Shown: positions 12,337-24,057 of the stretch, in pieces
Layout: each line of letters opens with the position of its first letter
How positions within the stretch are numbered: the first letter of the stretch is position 1
NCBI GenBank assembly: GCA_946965045.2
Contig: OX337230.1
Coordinates: forward strand, 2,294,001 to 2,358,000
Length of the DNA: 64,000 nt
Direction of reading: 5' to 3'
From: Epithemia pelagica
Taxonomy: Eukaryota > Protista > Bacillariophyta
The notes under the pieces: model-generated
What the model was told of the DNA's origin: nothing
Database searches by the model: none
The model's input: the letters and a program-made list of their open reading frames with translations, nothing else
Program-made: the position numbers and the translations under genes

Positions 12337-13443
12337 CTAAGGCACTTCACAATCTCCTCCTTCGGCCTCAGGTTTATTCGCCAGACGTAGACGAGCCATA
12401 TCCTCTTCCGTCAAAGAGAAACGGAAAATGTCGCGATTCATGAGAATATGATCCACATTGTTGCTTTTCGGAATCACACCACCCATTCTCGTAGGGTTTC
12501 CATCCTCTTTGATGTCCAACGCTTGCTGGACGATGAATCTCAAGGCAACCTGCGATCCTGTTACATTTTCGTATTTGGATGCAATGCCATTCACCAAGTC
12601 ACCGGATACCAGTGAATCTTTGGGCTCGTACGAGCATGGGCCGCAAAGAGGCGAAAAGCTCATGAACGTTATGTTATTCTTTTGACAATGTGCAATGACA
12701 TGGTCCACGTCGCCCGATCCCACATGATACTCTACCTGATTGATGGATGGTGTTACGATATTGGATACCTTCAGCACATCGTCAATGTGCTGGGTACAAT
12801 AGTGACTGATCCCAATGCTCCTTGCCGCACCTGAGACGTAAATCTCTTGAAGGGTACGCCATTCTAGTTGCCGTCGTTCGGGAGTGGCCCGTTCAGGGGA
12901 AACTTGCCAATCGGCCGGAAAGTGTGTCATTAAGTGGTCCACATAGTCCAGTTGAAGTTCCAACATATTTTTCCTGTGAGCGGCCCATACTTCAGCCCTC
13001 GTTAGACCACCTGGAATCTTGGTCAAGACAAACAGTTCCGACCGGGGACGTTTCCAGCAATCTTGAATTGCTTTCCCAACGCCTTGTTGATTGTGATAGC
13101 CAAATGCCGTATCTATCATGGTATAGCCCGCCTGGAAGGCTTTGCATACGGATTCATAGGCTATGGAATCATTGTACTGCCAAGTTCCAGCTCCAACCAG
13201 CGGCATGTACACTTTTTGGTCATTAATGTCCGTGCCAATGAGAATGGACGGAATCGGATTGTCTCGTTGCGATAACGTCGATCCTTGAATGGCTGTTGTT
13301 GTACGGACAGCAGTTTCCACTGGGGCTCTGTCCACCCAATGCAAACAATCACGACAAACGAAAATCGCAGAGAGAATCGTTGCTACCAAAGCAAGTAACT
13401 GAAATAAAAACCTTGCCAGCTGTGCCATGCTTCCGAGCTTCAT
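12337..13443 (-). CDS. Aldo-keto reductase with N-terminal hydrophobic anchor (copy 2, paralog of 2132-3235)
   Basis: DTAFGYHNQ, LTKIPGG, DHLMTHFPADW, ARSIGISHY, PSINQVEYH; long stretches identical to copy 1. N-terminal FLFQLLALVATILSAIFVC is hydrophobic. Confidence 0.9.
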   Translation of the reverse strand: MKLGSMAQLARFLFQLLALVATILSAIFVCRDCLHWVDRAPVETAVRTTTAIQGSTLSQRDNPIPSILIGTDINDQKVYMPLVGAGTWQYNDSIAYESVCKAFQAGYTMIDTAFGYHNQQGVGKAIQDCWKRPRSELFVLTKIPGGLTRAEVWAAHRKNMLELQLDYVDHLMTHFPADWQVSPERATPERRQLEWRTLQEIYVSGAARSIGISHYCTQHIDDVLKVSNIVTPSINQVEYHVGSGDVDHVIAHCQKNNITFMSFSPLCGPCSYEPKDSLVSGDLVNGIASKYENVTGSQVALRFIVQQALDIKEDGNPTRMGGVIPKSNNVDHILMNRDIFRFSLTEEDMARLRLANKPEAEGGDCEVP

Positions 13444-13789
13444 CGTCCTGTCACTTCCCAAAGATCTTCACTTCTTCACGAGAATGAGAACAAGATTTTT
13501 CCCTCGAGAGATCGCGGCCATTCCCGGACAATCCCAAGATCGAATCTATGGTTTCCATCGTCGAGCTACCCCACGTATGTCGTCGTCGGAAGTCGTGGGT
13601 AGGCACGAAAATCATAGTTGTAATAAAATCATTTTAGAATCGAAGATTATCCCAAAGCGTCCTTCGCCATCCTGAAGCCCACAACAACTTATTGTCTTGG
13701 CGCTTTTGATCACCTCAGCAAAACCTGCAATAGCAAAGGCAAAACTAAACTTTGCGACACTGGATTGACTTCCTTCTGTTTCAGAGGTT

Positions 13790-13935
13790 ATTATTTCGTC
13801 AACCGCGCCAACATGAATACCAAAAGCTTTTCCACAGTCTTGTTCCTACACAAGCCCATCATGGTTTACGTCTTCGGTAAAAGAAACACAACGGCGCCGG
13901 AGCAACCTGTGAAGGTGTCACTGTCATGACGGAAA
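13790..13935 (-). pseudogene. Possible relic of a trypsin-like serine peptidase domain
   Basis: Minus strand reads HDSDTFTGCSGAVVFLL and, after a frameshift and stop, DCGKAFGIHVG. This resembles the GxSG...xxIHxG catalytic-serine region. Short and disrupted. Confidence 0.3.
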
Positions 13936-14079
13936 CTTTAGCACTTCTCTATAACTCAAGAAGATCAAAGACAAGTTTCTCCTCCGTCTCCTATGTCCGG
14001 ATGATATGAAGGAGCATTCTGTTGAGAACCCAACGTAGCCAATTGGGGGCTTTTGAAATTCACCTAATGGACTTTGTAC

Positions 14080-16431
14080 TCATGCATTTGCTGTCACATG
14101 ATTTAGTTTCATAATGGCCTCGGAACACAAGCGCATGGCTTCCTCCAGGATGGTGGACCACTCTATTCTGGAATCTCCCAACATTGTCATGTGATGATAC
14201 AGCTTTTGTTGCAAGGTCCGGAGTAAATCGTTCTTTGGCACTGCGCGCCGTCGCAAGGACAAATCCTTTTCCATATCCACCACAATACGACATTGGCGGT
14301 CAATGTTTTCTTCATTATCATCATCACGTACGTCCAGTCGTTGAATCAGCCATGTCGACACGTCCACATCAATTCCCATCTTGGACCGGACATGATATTG
14401 AACCAAAAACAACGACACGATCAGAGCTGGAAACACTGACTCCCACCAGCTAGTATCCTTCTCATTCAACACAACACTCGGTCTGACCTCGAATAGATTA
14501 TCTGCAGAGACGATATGAAGCATCAAGCGAGATGCATCTGCGTCATTTTTGCGGTGACGACGGAAACGGCCGAACATGGCATTTCCTTTTGTGGTTGATG
14601 CTTGTTTGAAAGAGGACAAGACGTATAACCGAGGGCATGGGGGAGTCACCTCTCGGACTTTCCATGGAATGTGAATTTGTAGCTGTAATGGTTCGTGAGG
14701 GCTCAAAGTATTTCCACAAAAATGATAATGGTAGTTTTCCTTGTTTTGATTGTTGCGTCGTCGTTCACGCCAGTGTACCTCCAGGAGGTTGGCCACCGGA
14801 TTGTCTTCACCCTTTCCACGATCGGATTTTCGCTTGGTCAAGTACCCAAACAAGATGGATCTCCACATTCGTTGCAATCGCATCAATTCTTGACGGTCCT
14901 TTTCATAGGGTATCTTGTACATGGCATGAAGTACATTCGGATGATACTCCTCACTGAATTCCGCAAACACCATGCGGAGAACGAGGGCTTGCTGGGACTT
15001 CAATAGTCTCTGTATTTGTCGCGCCATTCGTTCCAGACAGGATTGTGGTGTGGAGAGGATGTTGAGTGACAACGATTCGACTGCTGACAGTCCTTCTCCC
15101 GATTCACTGCATCCACCAAGCACAAGCAACCTGTCTTGGTGGTTCCAAGAGCGCAGATAAGAGGAGTACGATGATGAAAATGACGACGACAGCCAAAGGG
15201 TGGAGGGAAGGTATACCATGGAACACCATTGTCGTGTGACTGTCAAATCGGGGAGACTCCATACTACCCCACGATGAGGATCCAAAACTTGCACCGATTT
15301 GAATGCATCATTGTCATTGTTTCCTCCAGCTATAACAAGACATTTGCCAACGCGAGATACGGCCGATCCCCATCGATGAGTGTCCAGTTGCAGATCGTCC
15401 CGAATGGTCCAGGATGACGATAATGAGAATACGCCTGTCGATGAACCGCCGGAGACCGAGTCGGAATGATCATAGTTGTCGAGGCGACATTCTGTATTAT
15501 GAAGTGCTCTGTGTGCCTCAAATGAGATACACTCCACCATGCCTGTTAATGATTCTCCATTCTCACTGCCCCCTCCGCCACCACCCACAACAAAAATCAA
15601 GTCGTCCACGACCGCGGCTCCCAAACGACATCGTCCATAATTCATCACAGGTCCACTATCTATGACCAAGGCCAAGGAAGTTTTGTTCTCATTTCTTTCA
15701 CCTCCACTATCAGCGTAAGATGTGCCTTTCGTATCAATGATATCTGTTGTGGCCAATGGTTGCATGTCCTCGTTACACCCGCCCATGACGACAATGTAGC
15801 GATTGTGTACAGCCACCGCCGCGCATCCCACACGGGGAGATGACAGGCGGCCATGTACGGTCTTCCACGTCTTGTTTCTCTCATTGTAGCTTTCTTGTCT
15901 AGACTCTTGGCATAGACTCGAATTTTCAGCACTCAAGGAAGCTGTGGTAGTCGTTTTCCAGTCAGAACCAAAGGCCGACAGAGGGATTCGTTCCATGGTA
16001 TCTAAAAATGTCAGACAATCCCTCCCTCCAATGGCAAAGAGGGAGCCATTGCAAACCACAGCACACAAATCAGACCGTTGCTCATGATCTTCGAGACTTG
16101 GTCCTCTCCGCCACTGGTGTAACAGGCTATCCCAGACAATCACCGAAGAATTGCTATCGTCGTTGGCATGATTATCGGCAGCGGGGCGACGACAAAATCC
16201 TCCCACCACGACTATCACAGGATAACAAGTCAAACCACAAGAGGCATCTTCTTGAGGCGTTTTTGCCACGGATACCACCACTACCGACGCATGAGCAAAT
16301 CGTGCCCGACCACCCCACAATGGAGGGAATTCCGATACGTTCCATTGCGATGATGTCTTCAAGTCGAATCCAGACAAGAATGCTTGTTCATTGAATCCTT
16401 CAGTGCATGCCTGTCCTATGGCATCGTTCAT
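14080..16431 (-). CDS. Kelch-repeat beta-propeller protein with uncharacterised C-terminal half
   Basis: Repeated hydrophobic-GG Kelch motifs: VIVVVGG, SLFAIGGRD, YIVVMGG, LIFVVGG, CLVIAGG, LLVLGG. Single 783-codon ORF. Confidence 0.8.
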   Translation of the reverse strand: MNDAIGQACTEGFNEQAFLSGFDLKTSSQWNVSEFPPLWGGRARFAHASVVVVSVAKTPQEDASCGLTCYPVIVVVGGFCRRPAADNHANDDSNSSVIVWDSLLHQWRRGPSLEDHEQRSDLCAVVCNGSLFAIGGRDCLTFLDTMERIPLSAFGSDWKTTTTASLSAENSSLCQESRQESYNERNKTWKTVHGRLSSPRVGCAAVAVHNRYIVVMGGCNEDMQPLATTDIIDTKGTSYADSGGERNENKTSLALVIDSGPVMNYGRCRLGAAVVDDLIFVVGGGGGGSENGESLTGMVECISFEAHRALHNTECRLDNYDHSDSVSGGSSTGVFSLSSSWTIRDDLQLDTHRWGSAVSRVGKCLVIAGGNNDNDAFKSVQVLDPHRGVVWSLPDLTVTRQWCSMVYLPSTLWLSSSFSSSYSSYLRSWNHQDRLLVLGGCSESGEGLSAVESLSLNILSTPQSCLERMARQIQRLLKSQQALVLRMVFAEFSEEYHPNVLHAMYKIPYEKDRQELMRLQRMWRSILFGYLTKRKSDRGKGEDNPVANLLEVHWRERRRNNQNKENYHYHFCGNTLSPHEPLQLQIHIPWKVREVTPPCPRLYVLSSFKQASTTKGNAMFGRFRRHRKNDADASRLMLHIVSADNLFEVRPSVVLNEKDTSWWESVFPALIVSLFLVQYHVRSKMGIDVDVSTWLIQRLDVRDDDNEENIDRQCRIVVDMEKDLSLRRRAVPKNDLLRTLQQKLYHHMTMLGDSRIEWSTILEEAMRLCSEAIMKLNHVTANA

Positions 16432-16976
16432 CTCCGAACGACCTCGAGATGAGGAGACTATTGCTTGTTATTGTCGTTCATTCATCGCGTCACCAGTGTT
16501 ATGGATATGGGTTATTACTCCCAAGCTACAGTGATTATTAGTCGCACCTGAGTCGAAATCATGTTTCTATTATATGCTAATAAAAACCTGACACTTATTC
16601 ACGATCCACATGGACTTACCTTCCGCTGGAGAGTAGGGTTTTTTGTTCTTCGTTGACTAGGTCGTCTATGTGCCTTCACACTATCTTTTTTCACTCTCTC
16701 TAACCCAAAAGTATGTCAGATTTATCAGGACGATCATACGATACGGCTATAGATGATGCATCATGTTGGACATCAAGCTATTTCTAGAGAAGGGAGTGGG
16801 AAAATCTTTGCAGCTGGACTGCAATGGAAACAACCCAACTGTGGTGGGATGGATATATGAATCATTTCATTTGTTATACAGTAGCCTTCCAACAATTGAC
16901 AAAAGTGAGGAATGTAGTAGCGACCCTCCTTATTTTCTCTTCTCTAGACAAGCACGTCGAATTCACATCACTGACA

Positions 16977-19900
16977 TCAAACGTTGGTAATCTTTTTGCT
17001 GCCACTACTTCGCCGAGAAGACTTTTTGGAACGTTTACTGCTCTTGTTCTTCTTTTTCGATTTCTCGGATTTATTGCGTGATCCACTGGGAGACTCGTTC
17101 CCACTGTCCATTTCTTCGTCCTCCTCTCGTGGAGATGGCATGAGACTAAGACGAATCTGAAATAAAAAGCAAGGCGTGTTGTTGAGATTTGTGTTTCGCC
17201 CATTTCCTTGTCAACACAACATATGAAAGCAACACTAGAACTTACTTTTGGCAATGGCTTGACTTCAATCAATACGGGCTCTTTGGCCTCTTCCTGCGGA
17301 GATGATTGAGAAGATTTTTTCGGCGGCAAATCGAATTCATCGGAGCGTGGAACAACTGTCTTGGCGACAAGGCGCTTGGCGGGATCGGCTTCAGGAACTT
17401 GACTAATGAGACTGGGCGTGGAAGGACGGACGTGGTCGGTGGTTTCAGGACTATCACGACCCGAGTTACCCAACATGTGGTCAAATGACACCAGACCACC
17501 AGCCGCTGATCCACCGCCTGTTCCCTTTCGATCATTACCAGCTTTTGGTGTGGGAGAAGTATGAGACGTCTTTGAAGATGGTTTTGGTCTGGCCGGGGAA
17601 ATGGAGGGGGGCGGTAAAGTTACCTTCCCTTCAGCAGAGACTCTCGTTGACGCAGCCGTGGGCGGTACGTATTGTTGTGACGACCCGGTGGATCTTCCAG
17701 GGGACAAGGCAGAACCGATTGATCGTCGCCCGACCGAGCTATTGTCGTGTTGTGGTCTCGTAGCGGCTTTGCCGTTAGCTGACGCATCCGCCATGCCATC
17801 GACAACACTAAGAAATCCAGCAAGTAACCCCTTGCCTCGTACCCCGTATCGATCCTTTATCTCTTCCACCACCAGCTGGAATGCCTTGTGGACAGCTGCT
17901 TGATTCGACATGTCTTTGCCAATCGGTCGAATACTCGCAATCACAGTTGCCTCGCAAGATTTACTATCGTGAGCAGGCTGTGACGATGGCCGCAACAGAA
18001 TCCGGACCTTGATCGAGAATCCTCGTCTGGGATTACGCTCGCTAATGACCAGCACCAGTTCGTTGGAGTCGTCCGCTTCCACAGTATGCACTTCCGTCAA
18101 TCGTACCAACGCTCCATATCGAGGTCTTTGAAAGCTAACCGTACGATGGGCATCGCACATGCTACCAGAGGCAATCAATTGGTGTTCCGAGGCATGACGT
18201 TCCAGTTCTCGGGGTGCCGATCGCGGAAACGTCCAATCCGTCTTTTCGAATTGAGCATCCCCACGATCATTCTCCCAGGTTGTTATGACAGGCGAGGTGG
18301 AATCCAGGAGCAGCACACGACACAGAGGCAATGGCAAGGGTAGCCGCACCTGTTCGGTGACACGACGATCCAACGAAAGGCCGTGGGTATAGTGAGGAAT
18401 TCCTTGCTCCCGTGAAGATGCGGCCTGTCGCATAAAGTGACGACCAGGGACATTACCCCAAGTTCGATTGCTCTCATTGGCATCTTCTGCTGCCAAAGAA
18501 ACTGATTCTGTATCGGACGTGTTGTTGCCAGTACCACTTTGGTTGTAATAGTTGGAAGAAGAGTTTTGTCTTTGTGACTGACGTCTAGACCGCATTGTGC
18601 CGTTTGTCGAGGTTGTAAGAGACCCTCGTTGTTGATGTTGGGGTTGCTGCGGAGTACTATTGGTGTTGTTGTTGTTGGAAAAGAAGGACGTGCGTGGGAT
18701 ACCGCCACGCATATTTAGTCGAGTTGTTTCACGTTCCAACAAGAGCTTGAGACCACACACTAGCAACTCGGCCTCTCGAAAATTGTTGGCCAAAAACAAG
18801 AGTTGTGTACCGCTCACATCTTGAATGGAAATTATTCGTAAATGTTCCATCTTGTCGTACGAGGTTTGGGATTCTTGTTTGAAACGAAGATTTCCCACCA
18901 TCTGTTTGGGTGGATCTTGAGTCAATAAAGTGACATCTGTGAGTCCAACCGAATGCTTGCGAGACAATTGGACATTGTTGGTTCGAACATTGTGCGGCAA
19001 CGATGAGACCGTATGAGTACCATCGCCTCCTTGCGTCCTCAAGGCGGAATCCAGTGTGACTTCTTCGGATCCGACGGTATCGTGATCGGTTCGTCCCACA
19101 CCACTTCCACCGAGATGAGAGGCAGTCATGTCATTCCGTTGCGCTCGCTGGGTCGATGACTTGTTACTAATGACACCTTCTCCATCCGACAACTTGGAAA
19201 CAAATCCCAATCGAAGGGATCCCACTTCTGGCAACATGAGCCAAAGTGTACGTCGCTCCTTGGCGGTCCGCGACAATCTAGAGGAGGACGACGATCCATG
19301 GCCTTCCGGAATCACCCGTTGGACCGAGACACCACCGTACATAAAGGCCTTGAATTGAGTTTCAAAGGTTTCCAATTCTTCCAGTTCCTCTTGAGAAAGC
19401 GACATGGTTTTACTGCCACTCGAGAGGAAACAAAAGGGTGTATGATTGTGTGACAGGGTGCAGGTTTGAAAGGACCACGGATGGGACGAGTTGTTGCGCA
19501 AAATTTCGGGTGGTCGGGGCAAACAGGACATTTCATGGGTAAATTCCACAGAATGAAGGGCCGCATACAACTCTTCCGCTTCTGGAGGAGTCGCAACCTT
19601 GCCCGTCAAAATGTCATGCGAGGTAACATCTTTGCCAGCGACAAACTTGTAGGCCCGACGATTAATGTCATCGCGGGTGAAGATGCGTGAGCCTTCCAGG
19701 CTGACACCAATGTACAATCCCTGGCTCTTGGCATAGGCGACAATGGGTGCAATGGCCAAGGCAGCCGGTTGCAGCAAACCATTGTCGTCTCCTTCATCAT
19801 GAGCGTGATTGTATTCATCGTCCTTCATCATGACGGTATTGGTATTGCCACACACAGTCCCTCCGACCGAGGCGGCTCCATAGGCTTCCCGACCGACACC

Positions 19901-21718
19901 GGCCACGGCGGCTCCGACATTGCCCCCCACGGTGAAACTCCCTCCCCGTCGAAAATGTTCCAAGGCTTCGTTGGTTTGCAAAATGAAAATGTATTCGGCT
20001 ACTTCCAATCCAAATTGCAATCCCAATCCAATGCCCCAGGTACCAATGGCCGAGGGTGCGGACCAGGTTCCATCCGACAATCTTGCCACGACAATGCCGG
20101 ATCCGGCATGGACCGAAACGCCCAAGACGACCTTGGAGGATCGTACAAAGGCCAAACCAACCGCCTTTTGAATCATGCCTCGAATGGTGACAGCTTCCAC
20201 GTCTTCAGTTCGGTCTCCCGATCCTCCATTGGAACTAGTCCCCATACGGGAATGTTGTTGCTTCAACATGGCTTCGGCGGCCATACGCGAGCGCAATTGG
20301 GCCAATTTGCGAGCCCGTTCTCGTTCCATGGGATCGAGGGGAATGGACAAGCCTTCTTCATCGGCTTGTTCTTCTTCCAAGGTCACGACGACACCGCCGT
20401 CTTGATTGGTAGTCGTGTTGACATTGGCATTCGTGGCGCCACCGCCACCTCCTCCTTCGGGGACACCGGTGCGGGGCGGCAAAATGGATCCATTCCCCAA
20501 CAACCAATCCGTCCCATCGTGGACCAATTCTTGCCAGGTATCCGGATTGGGCAAATCCATGTCTTGTGTGGGCGCCAACCGTTGCACCAATTGTGTGGCA
20601 AAATCGCATTCGTCATCCAGTCGAAAGGACCAGGATGAGACATGACTGGGAACGCCCACCTTGCGTTGTCGCGTTCTTCGAAAACACAAGATCAACCGAG
20701 GAGCCGTTTCTTGCGACTGAGCTTGTTCCTGAATGGATTCTACCGTGGGTGTAAAGTGTTGGACGGAATTGTGATTGTGGTGTTGTCGATGACGACTGCT
20801 GGGGACACAGACATTGGCCGGAATATCGGGAACTTGAGCCTCGCCGCCTTGTGCGGAGGATGGTGTGGTGGTTTTGTTGTTGTGGGGAGATCCCCAAAAG
20901 GACGATCCCAAGGCGGCCGTGGGCGGTGACAAAAAGGCGGACTGACTCGGATCGTCCACAGAGGCCACCAGTGCTCGCAAATCATCGTAGGTGAGACGCA
21001 ATCCCTTGTCTTCGGCATCCAAAACTTGTTGACATAATTGATCATTGTCCAAGGTCGATCGGTCTTCTCCCGAAGGACTCTGGGGATTGGAGACTCGTTT
21101 CTTGACGCTCGGATTGTTTGTTTTGGGTTCCGCCACAATGGCAAATTGGACGGCATCTTGTGGCAAGATGCCAGCCTTGGCGGCATCGGATCCTGGCGTG
21201 ACCGAATGCACATAGGCTCGTCCATTGATTTCCAAAAAGGACAATCGTCGACCCAGGGGAATGGTGGACTGCAAACAAACGGGAAATCTCAAGGATTTGC
21301 CGGCATCGTCTCCCAAAAACCAATGGCTGTACACATCGGCCATGGCATGGGACGCATCGGTCGACAAACGCCGCAAAAAACTCATATCTGCCGTGGCAGT
21401 CGCCGCCGTCGTGGTGGAATGTGTCACCGACACATTCGCAGGTGTGGTGGCCGCCGCCGCCGGAGAGGGGGGAGCGGCCGGATCGTTCCATGGACTTGTC
21501 ATGGGAGGGTTTCCTTGTCCGTCCATGGACATGATGGAGTGTTGTTTGTTGTGAGGGCTCGAAGGAGAAGACTGTGGTAGATTGGAATTGGGATTGATAT
21601 TTTGTTGTTGTTGTTGCTGCTGTTGTTTCAACAGTTTTTGTTGTTGTTGTCGCGAGGCCAGCAATCTCTTTTTGTTTGCCAAGGATGGCGAAGGAATCGA
21701 ATTGGTGCTTCGTGCCAT
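16977..21718 (-). CDS. Large Ysc84/SYLF-domain protein (PDZ-like N-terminus, PH-like and possible VASt-like C-terminal regions), 2 exons
   Basis: SYLF motifs GSGIVVARLSDGTWSAPSAI, GLQFGLEVAEYIFIL, YAKSQGLYIGVSLEG. PDZ-like YVHSVTPGSDAAKAGILPQD; PH-like FLANNFREAELLVCGLKLL. An 89-nt intron at 17157-17245 (GTAAGT..TTCAG) gives last exon IRLSLMPSP...KKITNV* with stop at 16977-16979. Confidence 0.8.
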
Positions 21719-22666
21719 GGTGTGAAACGAGTTCTTCTATTACCTAGGCAGTGGTCCAATCAAGTTATTCCTCCTTCCGCTATTCTTGGACTCCCGACAG
21801 GAAAGCCTTGTCCAAGGTGTTTGAATCGGTGGATGCTCTGCCTCTAGATAGACTGCCGCTTGACTGGAACCGTTGTTGCTATGGTTGCTGTGCCCTTTGA
21901 TTCCACTTTCCGTCGTTTTGTTAATTGCAAAGTCTCGTCGTCCACAACGATTCTGGCAATTTTCGTCCTTGGTCCCCAAAATCTGCGAAAAGCGCTTCTC
22001 GGTGCACTGCAGTTATTGTTTTGTCTGGCGACAAACCCACTCACACACGAAACAGAGTGCGCAACAGACGTATCGTAGTGCCAGATGCAACACACACACA
22101 AGAGATGACGAGACCCTCTTGCTCGTGCTCTCTTTCAAAACAAAGAGATGTGTCTTTCTCTCGTCTTGTCGCAATTCGCAATGTGATTCTTGTCTTGGTT
22201 GAGTTGTTGTTGTCGTCCCTCGATTGGGTCGTCCGTCGTGTTGGGTCTGTGGTCGGATGGAGGCTCGGCGGGCGTACCCACACGAGTCGTGCACGATCTC
22301 GGTCCACACACGAGCGTGGTCGCCAAAGGACTGCGCGAGACTCGAGATAACAACGGATCTCTCCCTGAATGGCCCGAAAAATTTCGATGGACTGGCAGGC
22401 GCGAAGAGACACTGACTGCGTAGAAAGAACTGTCCTAGGAGTATTGTATGAACTGTACCAATTTGAATCTGTAGTACTCCGTACTCCCACTTTATTCGGG
22501 ACATTGGATCCGAACGGTACCGCTACTATGACAAGTCGTGTATCCGTGATTCACCGCTGGAGAGTAGCGTGCATTGTTTACACGACACAATGCCTTACGG
22601 GTCGCGTTACGGTCGTGGATTTCCCGGTCGCAACGTTTGGCGAGAATCAGGTCGAGCACACTGACG

Positions 22667-23647
22667 ATGACCATGACAGTCCATGGGAGTATAATAGGGT
22701 GGCTGCTACTGCTCCTCATTCCTTTTATCGTCCAGCCATATTGGTCGGTGGCACTGGATCCTCACTGCGCCGCTTCCGACGATGCAACGACCTGTCACGA
22801 GCCACGTCCAAGGACGACAACGACACGGTTGGGATCCTACGAGTTGTTGGCGGAGGTACCCCACGATGCCACCTCCTTTACCCAAGGACTCGAACTCTAC
22901 AATGAGACACATGTGTACGAAAGTGCGGGTCTGTATGGAGAATCCAAAATTCGATTGGTGGAACTTCAAACGGGCCAGGTCGTCCACGAAACCAAATTGG
23001 ACCAGGCCTACTTTGCCGAAGGCTTGACGCGTTGTCAACGTCAAACCATCCCCAAGAAGAAACTGGACCAACAAGATGGTGATGACGACTTTTTGATTGT
23101 CTTGACCTGGAAGGAACGAATTGCCTTTCGATTGCATCCTCATACCTTGAAAATTCTCTCGAATTTCTCCTATTCCAATCCACAAGGATGGGGCATTGCC
23201 TGTCATTTGGACGACGATCGATTGTACATGACGGATGGAACGACCGAGCTGTATACCTGGAATGCCACTACCATGCAACCCTTGAAGAAGAACCAACAAA
23301 CGATAACCTACCAACTGGCTCATCATACCGAACCCAAACCCTTGCCCCATGTCAATGAACTGGAATTGGATACCAACAACAACTACAACCACCACAAGCC
23401 GACCCTCTTGGGCAATGTATGGTACCAAGACGTGTTGGTTCGTATCGAGCCCGAAACAGCCTTTGTCAATACCATCTATGATTTGACGACTCTTCGTCCT
23501 CCGGACATGCGAGGAACCAAAGAAGATTGTTTAAACGGCATTGCGTACGTTTCGGATCAAGTCGTGTGGGTCTCGGGCAAACTCTGGCCCACCATGTACA
23601 AAATCCGATTGATCGAACCTGATGATACCGAGGAAACAAAGGAATAG
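22667..23647 (+). CDS. Glutaminyl-peptide cyclotransferase, plant/bacterial beta-propeller type
   Basis: PHDATSFTQGL, YESAGLYGES, FAEGLT, QGWGIA, NELE, LNGIAY, VSGKLWP motifs. N-terminal hydrophobic segment IIGWLLLLLIPFIV. Confidence 0.9.
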   Translation: MTMTVHGSIIGWLLLLLIPFIVQPYWSVALDPHCAASDDATTCHEPRPRTTTTRLGSYELLAEVPHDATSFTQGLELYNETHVYESAGLYGESKIRLVELQTGQVVHETKLDQAYFAEGLTRCQRQTIPKKKLDQQDGDDDFLIVLTWKERIAFRLHPHTLKILSNFSYSNPQGWGIACHLDDDRLYMTDGTTELYTWNATTMQPLKKNQQTITYQLAHHTEPKPLPHVNELELDTNNNYNHHKPTLLGNVWYQDVLVRIEPETAFVNTIYDLTTLRPPDMRGTKEDCLNGIAYVSDQVVWVSGKLWPTMYKIRLIEPDDTEETKE

Positions 23648-24057
23648 GATCTTTTGTGTGTGTTGGATTCTGGGATCAGGGGAATGACGAAACGACTGAT
23701 CCAGACGAACGGCACGCGAGCGCTGTCAAGCAAGATCGCCCCAAGAGATGAACTTACATGGCAAAGTCCAAGAAATACCTTGTTTTCGGCGAGTCGACCA
23801 TGTCATGATGACCGTTGGAAGGAACATTCCTTGGAAACCAATAGAGTTGTGACTCCCAGTCGGAACAAGGCTGTGTGTATTGCAAACAGCAATTAGACAT
23901 GCAGCTGCATACGTAGCACCCTCTCGCAATTCGTTTTTCATAGCCGGCTCGAGATGCTTTTGTCGTGGCGACAGTTTATCGAATTGCACACAAGCTGGGA
24001 ACTAGTGTTGTGTGTGGTTTTGCTGGAAACCTCCTTCCAATCTCATCCTGTTATTTG

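Noticed and set aside
8449-21718. CAG/CAA, GGA and GAA triplet runs as repeat elements
   Set aside because: They encode poly-Q/G/E low-complexity tracts within proteins.
21860-22504. Several overlapping 70-180 aa ORFs between the divergent SYLF and QC genes
   Set aside because: No recognisable motifs; consistent with UTR/promoter sequence and chance ORFs.
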